This document shows, piece after piece, positions 38,524 through 48,249 of a stretch of 64,000 bases of DNA. Under the pieces are notes generated by a model. The model was given only the letters and a program-made list of their open reading frames with translations. It was not told where the DNA came from and ran no database searches. The stretch comes from Polyangia bacterium (lineage in GTDB: Bacteria > Myxococcota_A > Polyangia > JAAYKL01): assembly GCA_050287845.1 (NCBI GenBank), contig JBNKCR010000055.1:96001-160000 (forward strand). Reading direction: 5' to 3'. The position numbers were made by a program, and so were the translations under genes. The first letter of the stretch is position 1; every line of letters begins with the position of its first letter.

Positions 38524-40680
38524 ATGAAAAAAAGACTGTGTAAATATTTCATAATTGCGATGGGTTGTGCAGTGATGGGGTGCGCCGGGACAGCGGCTTC
38601 CGGAAAAAAGACATTGCCCGCCACGTCGTCTGAACACATGGCATCCATTACGGTCCCCGACGGCATCACCGATGAAAACGTGTGGACCGAAGAGATTCTG
38701 CTATTTTCTCTCGATGCAAAGCAGCCGGAGCGTCGGGAACTCCGGGATAAACTGGTGGCATACCACGTGAATCTGTTTAACGGTCTGGCTGCGGATGCTT
38801 CTGATGAACGTCTCGAACAGTTCCGTTTTGCGCTCGCTTTGCATGACCCGTCTGATTTCCGCAGTGGTGATGTATCGGTGGGAGCAGCGCCAATGGCCGA
38901 GTGGCTGGTGAAGGAATATGAACCGCAGGGCAAAGAAGCGCTTGTTCTCGCCGGTCTCGCTTATCTGTGTATGGCACAACCGGAGGAGAAAACGTGTCAC
39001 AACCGATTTGAGTCCCTCCTGGATTGGTCGGAGAGCGTGCGAAGAACCATGCACGACCCCATTGAACGCTACAGTTCCATCGCGGCCATGTATGGGGAGG
39101 CCGCAACGCTGGTGCCACATCGGGAGTTGCTCGAAAGGCTGGCGCTGGCTCTTGCCGCACGGCAGAAGGCGGTGGTTCAGTTTCTGCAGGTGTTTGCCGG
39201 CGAACGGGGCGGATTTTCACCTTTAATGTTTCATTCGGTGATTTCCAGAGGCGGGATTGGAAAGGAATTTGTTCACGCATGGTTTATGGGGGGATACCTG
39301 GATGAAGTGCTGGATAAAATGAAGGAACTCGATGTGGTGGATGCCATGGAAGAGGACCTGCTGGCCATTCTGACCCAGTTGAACGCCGGAAAGAACAGCG
39401 CTTACAATTATCATCGACTGGCATCGCAGATACTGGGGTCAAGGGATCCGGTAGCGGGAATGCGGGCGTGTATGCGTGCGCTCCAGTTGGAACCGGAGGA
39501 ACCGCGGTACAATATGTGTGTCGGTCGATTTCTCTCCAACATGGATCGGCAGGTGGCCGCAATCGACTACTACGCCGAAGCGGTTGCCCGCGACAGTGGG
39601 ACCACTCTGGTCCAGGCGATGGAGCTGGTTCAGGATTCTCTGTACCGAATTCACATGGACGAAAACAGCCATGAGATGCAGGAAGCGCTGGCACGGGCAG
39701 AGAAAATTTTTAAAATGGTCATCGATAAAAAGCTGGACGACGAGGAGGTGCTTTTTACCGCTTCTTCGCTGATAGAAACCGCTGCCAATATTCAATACGA
39801 CGATGGCGCCATCGCCAATGCGGAGAAATGGTTTCAGATGGCCAGCCAATTGTGGCCGAGTCGGCCAACTCCCATCACCAGAATTGCGGAAATTTACTAC
39901 TGGCGGGGGGAATACGATCGCGCTGTGAATTATTTGACCCAGGCAATGAATGCGAAAGAAAAGGTGGGCGGTTCGTATGCCGATTACTGGCGCGCCATGA
40001 TGTATGAGCAGCGGGGAGATTGTCATGGGGCAAAGGGAGATGCAGAAGCGGCCACTGCGGATTATCGTCTTGCCCTGAATCGTTGGGAGAAGGCGGATTA
40101 TCCCATTGAGCAGGCTCCGGTGATTGCCATTCGCAACGGAATTCTGCTGTCGCGGCTTGGCGATACGGAAAAGTCGATGGAGAAGTTTCGGGAAGCCCTT
40201 CAGCTGGCCCCTGACCGCCGCGCGTCCTATGCAGAAATTATTTCCTTTCTGGTCATGAGTGAGCGGCTTGCAGATGCGGAAGAATTTTATCAGCTGGCGT
40301 TCAATCAGGACATGCTGGCCCCCATGTGGAAAGTGTATTTTTCTATCTGGGTGGATGGATTGTCTCGCATGCAGCAGGGGAAGTCGTTCGAACTGGCCGC
40401 CGGATATCTGGAAAACACACGCAATGAGAGTTGGCAGGACAAGCTTGCCTCCTTTTATATCGGCACGGTGGATGCCAAAGGCCTGCGCAAAGAAGCGACC
40501 AATGTGGGCCAGAAAGTGGAAGCCGATTACTACGAAGCGCTTCGCCGGTTGATCGATAGGGATTACGAGTCCGCCAGGGCTCTGCTGGAAAAGGTGATGG
40601 CGTCAAACCTGTATGCATTTTTTGAATATAAGATGGCGTCCGAACTCCTGCGAAATCTTCCCCAGCCGGGTAAAAAATGA
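38524..40680 (+). CDS. TPR-repeat lipoprotein with NlpI-like C-terminus
   Basis: Lipobox VMGC, repeated TPR-like helices, EADYY...NLYAFFEYKMA. Confidence 0.8.
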   Translation: MKKRLCKYFIIAMGCAVMGCAGTAASGKKTLPATSSEHMASITVPDGITDENVWTEEILLFSLDAKQPERRELRDKLVAYHVNLFNGLAADASDERLEQFRFALALHDPSDFRSGDVSVGAAPMAEWLVKEYEPQGKEALVLAGLAYLCMAQPEEKTCHNRFESLLDWSESVRRTMHDPIERYSSIAAMYGEAATLVPHRELLERLALALAARQKAVVQFLQVFAGERGGFSPLMFHSVISRGGIGKEFVHAWFMGGYLDEVLDKMKELDVVDAMEEDLLAILTQLNAGKNSAYNYHRLASQILGSRDPVAGMRACMRALQLEPEEPRYNMCVGRFLSNMDRQVAAIDYYAEAVARDSGTTLVQAMELVQDSLYRIHMDENSHEMQEALARAEKIFKMVIDKKLDDEEVLFTASSLIETAANIQYDDGAIANAEKWFQMASQLWPSRPTPITRIAEIYYWRGEYDRAVNYLTQAMNAKEKVGGSYADYWRAMMYEQRGDCHGAKGDAEAATADYRLALNRWEKADYPIEQAPVIAIRNGILLSRLGDTEKSMEKFREALQLAPDRRASYAEIISFLVMSERLADAEEFYQLAFNQDMLAPMWKVYFSIWVDGLSRMQQGKSFELAAGYLENTRNESWQDKLASFYIGTVDAKGLRKEATNVGQKVEADYYEALRRLIDRDYESARALLEKVMASNLYAFFEYKMASELLRNLPQPGKK

Positions 40681-40777
40681 CATGCTGTCAGAACGATGAC
40701 GATTCATTCGGTTTTTCCCTGTTGATATAATTCTGACAAATATCTGAAATTATTGGGCAATATGATTTGGTGAGGTA

Positions 40778-40793
40778 TGGTACACGGATTGCA
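40778..40793 (+). promoter_or_regulatory. sigma54 -24/-12 promoter
   Basis: TGGTAC-ACGGA-TTGCA with correct GG-N10-GC spacing, just upstream of a CDS. Confidence 0.6.
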
Positions 40794-40807
40794 CAAAATC
40801 TGTGGCC

Positions 40808-41344
40808 ATGATGTACTGTAATTCAAACAGGGGCGTCCTTTCCGCAGCATTGGTTATTACGCTTGGAATTTGCACATTTGCGGGCAGGGCAAACGCGCAG
40901 CGCCCGGTATATGATGTCGCCGCGAGCGCCGGTACCGGATTGTCCTTCGGTCCCGGTGACGAACGAACCACGATACTGATGAGTCCGATGTATCTGGATC
41001 TGGATTTCCTGTATGCCAACGACGAGCGGCCTCAGTTTGAGATGGGGGTGGGGTTGCAGGCGGAGCTGATAGGACGGGTCTCAGCCGGGGTTGTGCCCCA
41101 GTTGAGATATACGTCGGGACCACGGGTGATCATGTGGTACGGCATCCTGGGGGCGCCGCTCATTGTTGCGCCATTTGTTCTGTTCGGCGTGGAGGCCGGC
41201 GGCGGTTTTCTATGGCGATTTCGACCGCAGTTCGGTGTATTCATAGAGGTGGTGGTGGATTATTTTTTCCTGGGTAATGATATCGAGGATAGTGGTGTGC
41301 TGATTCAATTGGACTCCAATGCGGGTATACGGGTGACGTTTTGA
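40808..41344 (+). CDS. Hypothetical outer-membrane beta-barrel protein
   Basis: Signal peptide ending ANA, alternating hydrophobic strands, terminal GIRVTF. Confidence 0.7.
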   Translation: MMYCNSNRGVLSAALVITLGICTFAGRANAQRPVYDVAASAGTGLSFGPGDERTTILMSPMYLDLDFLYANDERPQFEMGVGLQAELIGRVSAGVVPQLRYTSGPRVIMWYGILGAPLIVAPFVLFGVEAGGGFLWRFRPQFGVFIEVVVDYFFLGNDIEDSGVLIQLDSNAGIRVTF

Positions 41345-41694
41345 TGAATTGCGATCAGATTAAAATGTGCTTTATTTTATGTGGGGCGTTCCTGATGTCC
41401 ACGGGGTGCACCGGCGAATGCATCAGAAAAAGCGACTGCGACCATGGATACTATTGCGACAACGGAGATTGTGTGGCGGAAAATGCGGCGGATACTGACA
41501 CAGAGACAACTTCCGGTGGCACGGCAACAGATACGCCCACCACAACGGCAGACACAGCAGACACGCCGTCTTCGGATTCAGAAGGAAATTCCTCAGACAG
41601 TAGCTCGGATGGTATCGATACATCCACAGACACATCCACAGACACATCTACAGACACATCTACAGACACAGGTACATCAGCGAATACGGGATAG
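41344..41694 (+). CDS. Small lipoprotein with Cys-rich motif and DTST repeats
   Basis: Lipobox STGC, CIRKSDCDHGYYCDNGDC, 12-bp repeats at 41617-41676. Confidence 0.75.
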   Translation: MNCDQIKMCFILCGAFLMSTGCTGECIRKSDCDHGYYCDNGDCVAENAADTDTETTSGGTATDTPTTTADTADTPSSDSEGNSSDSSSDGIDTSTDTSTDTSTDTSTDTGTSANTG

Positions 41695-41715
41695 GTGGAA
41701 AGCAGTGAATATAAG

Positions 41716-42600
41716 ATGAAGAAAAAGGATCCTTTTCTCGAAGCACTTGCAATGCTGGGCGATTTGCCCACCCTTCCACTGGTTGCTGTTGAAGTGGCAA
41801 AACTGCTGGAAGATCCATCCACCAACCCCAGACAAATCACAGAAGTGATGAAAGCGGATCAGGCTATCACCTCCAGGGTGCTGAAGTTGGTCAATTCTCC
41901 ATATTACGCCATTCGCGGCGGGGTATCCACCATTGAAAAGGCCATTCGATATCTGGGGTACAACACCATATATCAGATTCTTATCGGGATTTCTGTGATG
42001 GAATTCAGTCGTCTGGGGGGAGAAGCGGGGCTGGATCTGAAAGAGTTCTGGAAACATTCACTGGGAGTTGCGGTGGCAGCGGAAATCATTGCCGAGCGCG
42101 CCGGCTTCACCGATCCCCGGGAATTATTTGCCGCTGGACTGCTCCACGATCTGGGGAAACTGGGGCTGGCCAAGGTGGCCAATAAAAAATTCAGCGAAGC
42201 CGTCAGCCAGGCACATAAAAGTGGAATCCCCATAAAACAGGCCGAGAAGGCACTGGGGTTGCCGTCTCACGACAAGGTGGGAGGTGTTCTGGCTGAAAAA
42301 TGGCGCCTGCCAATGACCCTTCGCGCCGCGATTGCCATGCATCATCTGAACTATCAATTCCGCATGTCCACGGTATCGAAAAATCTGCAGCCCGAAGTGG
42401 ATGCGGTCATTCTGGCCAATACAATCTGCAAGCGCAACGAGATTGGCGACAGCGGAGATTTGATTCACCCGGAGATTGATAGAGAATTGATTGAACGGTT
42501 GGGGTTGATGCACAATGATCTGGACCAGATCAAAGGCGAAATGGCCCGAAAAGTTGAACAGTCCAAAGTTTTCCTCGAGTTCCTCGAATACAATGTGTGA
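41716..42600 (+). CDS. HDOD domain protein
   Basis: LPTLP, LKLVNSPYY, FWKHSL, GLLHDLGK, WRLP. Confidence 0.92.
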   Translation: MKKKDPFLEALAMLGDLPTLPLVAVEVAKLLEDPSTNPRQITEVMKADQAITSRVLKLVNSPYYAIRGGVSTIEKAIRYLGYNTIYQILIGISVMEFSRLGGEAGLDLKEFWKHSLGVAVAAEIIAERAGFTDPRELFAAGLLHDLGKLGLAKVANKKFSEAVSQAHKSGIPIKQAEKALGLPSHDKVGGVLAEKWRLPMTLRAAIAMHHLNYQFRMSTVSKNLQPEVDAVILANTICKRNEIGDSGDLIHPEIDRELIERLGLMHNDLDQIKGEMARKVEQSKVFLEFLEYNV

Positions 42601-42683
42601 ACGATAATTATGGGATCAGATAGAATCCGATTCGTGCGAACCTGAATTTCAGTTGTGAACCAGGTTATCTGTTCAAACTGGAA

Positions 42684-43079
42684 TTATGCAGTAAGCGCCG
42701 TGGTCATATAACATCTGCCCATTTGAATGGTTTTCACGGCATCAGCGAGTTCGCTGCCAATTCGTTCGCTCGTCAGGTACCCGTGGGCATTTCTTCGCAT
42801 GGCCTGAATGGCGCCTGCGCGGGAACGGTCGAGGCTGAGCATCAGTACCGGAATCGACGGATGCTGCATTTTAAGAATCTGCAACAACTCCAAGTGGTTA
42901 CTTCCGTTGGCAGCGGTTTCAAGAACCACAATATCAAACTGGTTCTGAGACATTTTGGACAGTGCCTGGTCAATGGATGGCACGGCGGTAGTGGTTGTTG
43001 TCAGGTTTTCCGAGTCAAGGATACTGGTGAGCCTGTGTTCGGTTTCAACGTTCTGAGTCAAGAGTAATAGATGTATCAT
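42684..43079 (-). CDS. Stand-alone atypical receiver domain (NarL-like N-terminus)
   Basis: FDIVVLE, PVLMLS, AHGYLT, ELADAVKTIQMGRCY. Confidence 0.8.
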   Translation of the reverse strand: MIHLLLLTQNVETEHRLTSILDSENLTTTTTAVPSIDQALSKMSQNQFDIVVLETAANGSNHLELLQILKMQHPSIPVLMLSLDRSRAGAIQAMRRNAHGYLTSERIGSELADAVKTIQMGRCYMTTALTA

Positions 43080-43102
43080 CGGTCTCTCCCGGCGATATTT
43101 AA

Positions 43103-43118
43103 AGCAATTCTCGTGCCA
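43103..43118 (-). promoter_or_regulatory. sigma54 -24/-12 promoter
   Basis: TGGCAC-GAGAA-TTGCT, consensus match, about 25 nt upstream of the receiver gene. Confidence 0.85.
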
Positions 43119-43331
43119 GAGAATTCTATCTGAGCTGGAATACGTTGTACTTATCGGGATGTCGTATTGGATGTATTCACTCTCTATTATTTAACTTTAT
43201 TCTCCAATACATAAATTGCCTGCGTCCGCGGCATGCCGTTCCGCTGGATCGACTTCGCCCCTCCATCAACTGAGCGTTGATTCGGGCGTTTGAGGGAAAT
43301 GCGAAAAAAAACTTTTTTTTTCGTTTTCTGC

Positions 43332-43358
43332 TCAATGCTCCGCCATTCACGCCGATGT
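43332..43358 (+). promoter_or_regulatory. sigma28 promoter of the first flagellin
   Basis: TCAA-N15-GCCGATGT. Confidence 0.75.
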
Positions 43359-43383
43359 AGTGAGTGAAACCTGTGAGGGTTGC

Positions 43384-43489
43384 AAAGCACGGATGCTTTG
43401 AAAAGTTCACAGGTGGAGCGTCAGTGGTTGACGCGATCATGGAGCACGGATGGCTCCCCAACCGCCAGGTTGGCTTTCACGGAGGAAAG
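43384..43489 (+). promoter_or_regulatory. CsrA/RsmA-type GGA hairpins in the flagellin leader
   Basis: AAAGCA-CGGA-TGCTTT, GGAGC-ACGGATG-GCTCC, and CTTTC-ACGGAG-GAAAG (overlaps the RBS). Confidence 0.75.
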
Positions 43490-43493
43490 TAAA

Positions 43494-44318
43494 ATGGGAA
43501 TGGTAATCAACACCAATATTATGGCGATTAACGCCCAGCGGAACCTTTCAGTAACCACTTCAAATCTTTCAACAAGCATGGCCAGATTGTCTTCCGGTAA
43601 ACGCATCACTGCCGCCAAGGACGATGCTGCCGGTCTGGCAATCAGCGAAAAATTGAAAGCACAGATTCGGGGCCTCGGCCAGGCAGAACGAAATGCCAAT
43701 GACGGAATTTCGCTTGTGCAGACCGCTGAGGGTGCGATGGATGAGATTTCAGCCATGCTCATTCGTATGAGAGAGTTGGGCGTTCAGGCCGCCAATGGTA
43801 CCACCACCACAATTCAAAAGGGGTTCCTCGCAAACGAATTCAATGAATTGAGCGACGAAATCACCCGTATCGCCAACTCCACCGAATTTAACGGCACCAA
43901 TCTTCTCAATGATGATGGTGGTTCGGTCGTCCTGCAGGTTGGTATCAACAATGACAACAACAGCCAGATCACCGTTGGCCTTGTTTCCGTAACGTCCACC
44001 GATCTCGGCGTCGCGGCCCTGAGCATTTCTGACACCTCTGGCGCACAGAGCTCCCTGGCCACATTGGACCAGGCCATTTCTGACTTGTCAGAACAGCGTG
44101 GTGTGCTTGGTGCAGCCCAGAACCGGCTGGCCAGTACAGTACGAAACCTTGCCACGACCAGAGAAAACCTCTCCGCATCCAACAGCCGTATCCGCGACGT
44201 TGATGTTGCGGATGAATCGGTCGCGATGACGCGTTCTCAGATATTGATGCAGGCCGGTTCCTCGGTGTTGGCGCAGGCCAACCAGATACCGAGCATGGCC
44301 CTGTCATTGATTGGCTGA
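43494..44318 (+). CDS. fliC: Flagellin (274 aa)
   Basis: INTN, RLSSGKRI, DDAAGLAI, QTAEGA, SRIRDVD, LAQANQ. Confidence 0.97.
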   Translation: MGMVINTNIMAINAQRNLSVTTSNLSTSMARLSSGKRITAAKDDAAGLAISEKLKAQIRGLGQAERNANDGISLVQTAEGAMDEISAMLIRMRELGVQAANGTTTTIQKGFLANEFNELSDEITRIANSTEFNGTNLLNDDGGSVVLQVGINNDNNSQITVGLVSVTSTDLGVAALSISDTSGAQSSLATLDQAISDLSEQRGVLGAAQNRLASTVRNLATTRENLSASNSRIRDVDVADESVAMTRSQILMQAGSSVLAQANQIPSMALSLIG

Positions 44319-44550
44319 ACCATATGGGGGTTCATCATTTTCACTCAATTCATGATCGCCGAATTGGGTGAGAATGCGCGGACGGAAACGTCCAATAGGG
44401 CACTGCCACGGGTGCCATGATCGCCAGGAACTGGTGGCAGTGCAACATTTAAAATGATGCCGGAGACGTTGGTCTTCGGCTGGGAAAATAACCGCTGGAG
44501 CAAGAATGCTCCCCGCGAAACAAAAGCGGCTTTCATGGAGGAAAGAAACA

Positions 44551-45375
44551 ATGGGAATGGTAATTAACACCAATGTAATGGCAATCAATGCCCAACGTAA
44601 TCTGTCGATTACAACCTCTAACCTGTCCACCAGTATGGCGAGACTATCTTCCGGTCAACGGATTACCGCAGCCAAAGACGACGCTGCCGGTCTGGCCATC
44701 AGCGAAAAGTTAAAAGCACAGATTCGCGGTCTGGCCCAGGCAGAGCGAAACGCCAATGACGGGATTTCGCTTGTGCAGACTGCTGAAGGTGCGATGGATG
44801 AAATTTCTTCGATGCTGATTCGTATGCGAGAGTTGGGCGTACAGTCCGCCAATGGTACCACTGCCACTGAACAGAAAGGATTCCTTGCAAACGAATTCAA
44901 TGAATTGAGCGACGAAATTACCCGTATTGCCAATTCAACGGAGTTCAACGGGACGAACCTGTTAAATGGAAACTCGGCGTCCGTTCTGCTTCAGGTGGGA
45001 ATCAATAATGACAGTAACAGTCAGATTTCTGTGAACCTCGTGTCAGTGACGGCAACGGATTTGGGTGTCGCGGCGTTGAGCATCTCTGATACCGCCGGGG
45101 CGCAGGGCGCGTTGGCCACCATTGACCAGGCCATTTCTGACTTGTCAGAACAGCGAGGTGTGCTCGGTGCTGCCCAGAACAGACTTGCAAGCACAGTGCG
45201 AAACCTTGCCACCACCCGTGAAAATCTCTCCGCATCCAACAGTCGTATCCGCGACGTGGATGTGGCGGATGAATCGGTGGCAATGACACGATCGCAGATT
45301 CTGATGCAGGCCGGCTCATCGGTGTTGGCACAGGCCAACCAGATACCGAGCATGGCGCTGTCGCTCATCGGATAG
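44551..45375 (+). CDS. fliC: Flagellin (274 aa)
   Basis: Same motifs as copy 1. RBS lies in hairpin CTTTC-ATGGAG-GAAAG. Confidence 0.97.
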   Translation: MGMVINTNVMAINAQRNLSITTSNLSTSMARLSSGQRITAAKDDAAGLAISEKLKAQIRGLAQAERNANDGISLVQTAEGAMDEISSMLIRMRELGVQSANGTTATEQKGFLANEFNELSDEITRIANSTEFNGTNLLNGNSASVLLQVGINNDSNSQISVNLVSVTATDLGVAALSISDTAGAQGALATIDQAISDLSEQRGVLGAAQNRLASTVRNLATTRENLSASNSRIRDVDVADESVAMTRSQILMQAGSSVLAQANQIPSMALSLIG

Positions 45376-45563
45376 CGGTTAAAACGCGCCCGGGGGGTCA
45401 TGACCCCGAACGCTTTTAGCATAGACCAGGGAAATCACCGGATACATGTGAGACCGGTCATCCTGTGAGGCCCCTGAACAATGTAAACTGAAACGGAGCA
45501 CGAACGCTCCTCGGATAGTCGGCAATGACGTCGGCTGCCCGGTTCCACGTAAGGAGAACGACA

Positions 45564-46397
45564 ATGGCAATGGTAATCAACACCAACACAATGGCAATCA
45601 ATGCCCAACGTAACCTGAGTAAAACGAGCAGCTCTCTCTCCACCAGCATGGCAAGACTGTCTTCCGGTCAGCGCATCACCGCAGCGAAAGACGATGCGGC
45701 CGGTCTGGCCATCAGCGAAAAAATGAAAGCGCAGATTCGTGGTCTGGGTCAGGCCGAACGGAATGCGAACGACGGAATTTCGCTGGTGCAGACTGCTGAA
45801 GGCGCCATGGACGAAATCAGCGGCATGCTGATTCGTATGCGGGAGTTGGCGGTTCAGTCTGCCAACGGTACGTCGGACACGGCACAGAAAGGATTCCTCG
45901 CCAACGAATTCAATGAACTGAGTTCAGAAATCAGCCGTATCGCAGACTCCACCGAGTTTAACGGCACAAATCTGACCAACGGCGATACCGCCACAGTTAC
46001 TCTGCAGGTAGGTATCAACAATGACGACAACAGCAAGATTACGGTAAACCTGGCAGATGTTTCTGCAACGGGTCTGGGAGTCAACACCGGAAGCGGCGGC
46101 TTGAGTATTTCTGACGCATCCAGCGCTGGAAGTGCGCTCGCCACACTGGATTCCGCGATCACTACTCTGTCCGAGCAGCGTGGTGTGCTGGGTGCGGCAC
46201 AGAACAGACTTTCAAGCACCGTCCGCAACCTTGCCACCACCCGCGAAAATCTGTCCGCTTCCAACAGTCGTATCCGCGACGTGGATGTGGCGGAGGAGTC
46301 GGTGGCGATGACCCGGTCGCAGATTCTGATGCAGGCGGGTACTGCGGTCATGGCGCAGGCCAACCAGGTACCGTCAATGGCACTGAGCCTTATCTAG
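45564..46397 (+). CDS. fliC: Flagellin (277 aa)
   Basis: Same motifs as copy 1. AAGGAG RBS. Confidence 0.97.
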   Translation: MAMVINTNTMAINAQRNLSKTSSSLSTSMARLSSGQRITAAKDDAAGLAISEKMKAQIRGLGQAERNANDGISLVQTAEGAMDEISGMLIRMRELAVQSANGTSDTAQKGFLANEFNELSSEISRIADSTEFNGTNLTNGDTATVTLQVGINNDDNSKITVNLADVSATGLGVNTGSGGLSISDASSAGSALATLDSAITTLSEQRGVLGAAQNRLSSTVRNLATTRENLSASNSRIRDVDVAEESVAMTRSQILMQAGTAVMAQANQVPSMALSLI

Positions 46398-46416
46398 GGC
46401 CAGTGAATGAAATGAT

Positions 46417-46475
46417 GCTCCTTCCGGGGTTTCCTGCCCGGAATTATCCGGAAGGAGCGCTGTTTTTCTTTTCAT
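46417..46475 (+). terminator. Probable intrinsic terminator
   Basis: GCTCCTTCCGG...CCGGAAGGAGC followed by a T-rich run. The loop is long (20 nt). Confidence 0.5.
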
Positions 46476-46588
46476 CCCAATCCCCAAACCCCATTGATGA
46501 TCCGCGCCCCCCATGGGGCATCCACCGAAGTGATTGCAACTGGCCATTGAATTGACGAATTGATTTCTCACGAAAATGATACGGGCGG

Positions 46589-47809
46589 CTACGAAATGTT
46601 GAACTTTCGCTGGATGGTGAAAATGTTCTGCTCTGCCCGGGCAACGATGGCCGGGAGATGTTTGGTATTCAGATGAATCTCATGGAGCGCCTGTAGATCA
46701 ATGATGGGCAGCACCATCAGGCGTTGCACCGAAAATCCCATGGTGTTCGCGAATACATCCGCCAGGTGAAGGACATACGCCTCGGTCTTATGCGTGGCAT
46801 TTTCCGGTGTGTGATGGAAATAGACAACATCCTGGAACGCCTTTGAAAAGTTCCATTGCTTCAGCAGTTCCATGGTGAGCAGGTTGTGATAGAACCCCAG
46901 ATATTTCCGCTCGATCTTCATTGATGGCACCTTTTCCTGCCATGCGAATTTGCAGATGTGGCGATACTGCTCGGGTAATTTGAGGAACAGAAGCTGTTTT
47001 CCAAGGTCGTGCAGGAGTCCCAGCAGCATCAGATATTCAGGTTCGGGATGGTTCATCTGTTGTGCGATTTCCCGGGCAAAAATCGCCGTGGCAATGCTGT
47101 GTCCCCAGAATGTATAGGGAGACGCGCAGAGGGCATTGTCATCGAAATAATTGGATACCGTGGCGGATTCCTGAACAAATTTTTTCAGCTCGTCAAAACC
47201 GATGACGGAAACGGCGTGGGAAACATTGTTGGGTTTACTGTTGGCGCCATACCAGGCGCTATTGGACATTTTCAACGCAACGGCACTCAAGCCCGGGGCC
47301 ATAACCAATATCTCTCCAATCTGGGAAACCGATGCATCCGGCTGCCCCAGTTGCGCAATCAACTTGTCCTTGATTTCCGGGATAGTCGGTATGGCGGTGG
47401 TATTTGAGATGAGCTGGGCTGCCGTCTGCCATTTTTCTGTCGGAGATGGTTCTTCAACGACGCTGTCCAACGTGGGAATGGTTTCCTGATGAATCAGTTT
47501 CCACAGATGTTCTGTGTACAATTCACGCAGAAATTGAATGAACGGATGATCAATATTCTCGGAGTTCTGAGAAAAATACCGGAGCAGTGTATCTTCCAGA
47601 AGAAGTTGCTGCTCTTCACTCAGTTCGGTTCGCTGGGTATCATCGGTACCCAGCACGTCCACAAATAAAATTGACCATGTTCGAAGTCCCTGGATGTGTT
47701 TTTCACTTAACGTGGTGTCTTTGGGAAGCAACACCTGTCCCCGCCTGTTCAATACGTTTCTGGCGGTTGTCATTCCCGTTTCCAGATCATCAAGGGCAAT
47801 CAGTGTCAT
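46589..47809 (-). CDS. HDOD domain protein with N-terminal extension
   Basis: LETGMTTARNV N-terminal domain, IPTIP, LKMSNSAWYG, FWGHSI, GLLHDLGK, FHH. Confidence 0.9.
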   Translation of the reverse strand: MTLIALDDLETGMTTARNVLNRRGQVLLPKDTTLSEKHIQGLRTWSILFVDVLGTDDTQRTELSEEQQLLLEDTLLRYFSQNSENIDHPFIQFLRELYTEHLWKLIHQETIPTLDSVVEEPSPTEKWQTAAQLISNTTAIPTIPEIKDKLIAQLGQPDASVSQIGEILVMAPGLSAVALKMSNSAWYGANSKPNNVSHAVSVIGFDELKKFVQESATVSNYFDDNALCASPYTFWGHSIATAIFAREIAQQMNHPEPEYLMLLGLLHDLGKQLLFLKLPEQYRHICKFAWQEKVPSMKIERKYLGFYHNLLTMELLKQWNFSKAFQDVVYFHHTPENATHKTEAYVLHLADVFANTMGFSVQRLMVLPIIDLQALHEIHLNTKHLPAIVARAEQNIFTIQRKFNIS

Positions 47810-47900
47810 TTCCGATAGTCAATTCCATAGTGTTCTGTTGTTGTATGTGGCAGGTCAGCCCAACGGCATACGCATCGGCGAGCTGATCTCCTGCAATTTT

Positions 47901-47927
47901 ATATCGACAATGTTTTCGAAAACTTAA
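47901..47927 (-). promoter_or_regulatory. sigma28 promoter of the HDOD gene
   Basis: TTAAGTTT-N11-GTCGATAT. Confidence 0.7.
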
Positions 47928-48249
47928 TGAGATGGACCAATTCTGGTTAGAGGACGCGCAATATCATCAGAACCAGGGGAACTGCGATGCTTGAAAAGAA
48001 AAACAGTCCGGGCGGGCCAAACAATACATCGTGCGCACCTTGATAATTCACAGATTTCATTGAAACCTCCGTATAATGTTCTGCAACCTGTCGTGCCACT
48101 GTGAAACAATTGCGAGAACGATGCCAGGATGCGAACATCATTTAATTGTATGTTTTTATAATGTTTTCGTTTTTTTTAGCGCGGTGGATGTGTGACGATG
48201 AAAATAAGAATTGATATTATTTGTATGTTTGAATCTTCATAAAATAGAT

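Noticed and set aside
43380..43493. N-terminal extensions on flagellins in the ORF track
   Set aside because: RBS positions and the conserved M-x-x-x-INTN start place the true starts at 43494, 44551 and 45564.
48082..48098. sigma54-like TGGCAC...TTGCA on the minus strand
   Set aside because: GG-to-GC spacing is 11 nt rather than the required 10.
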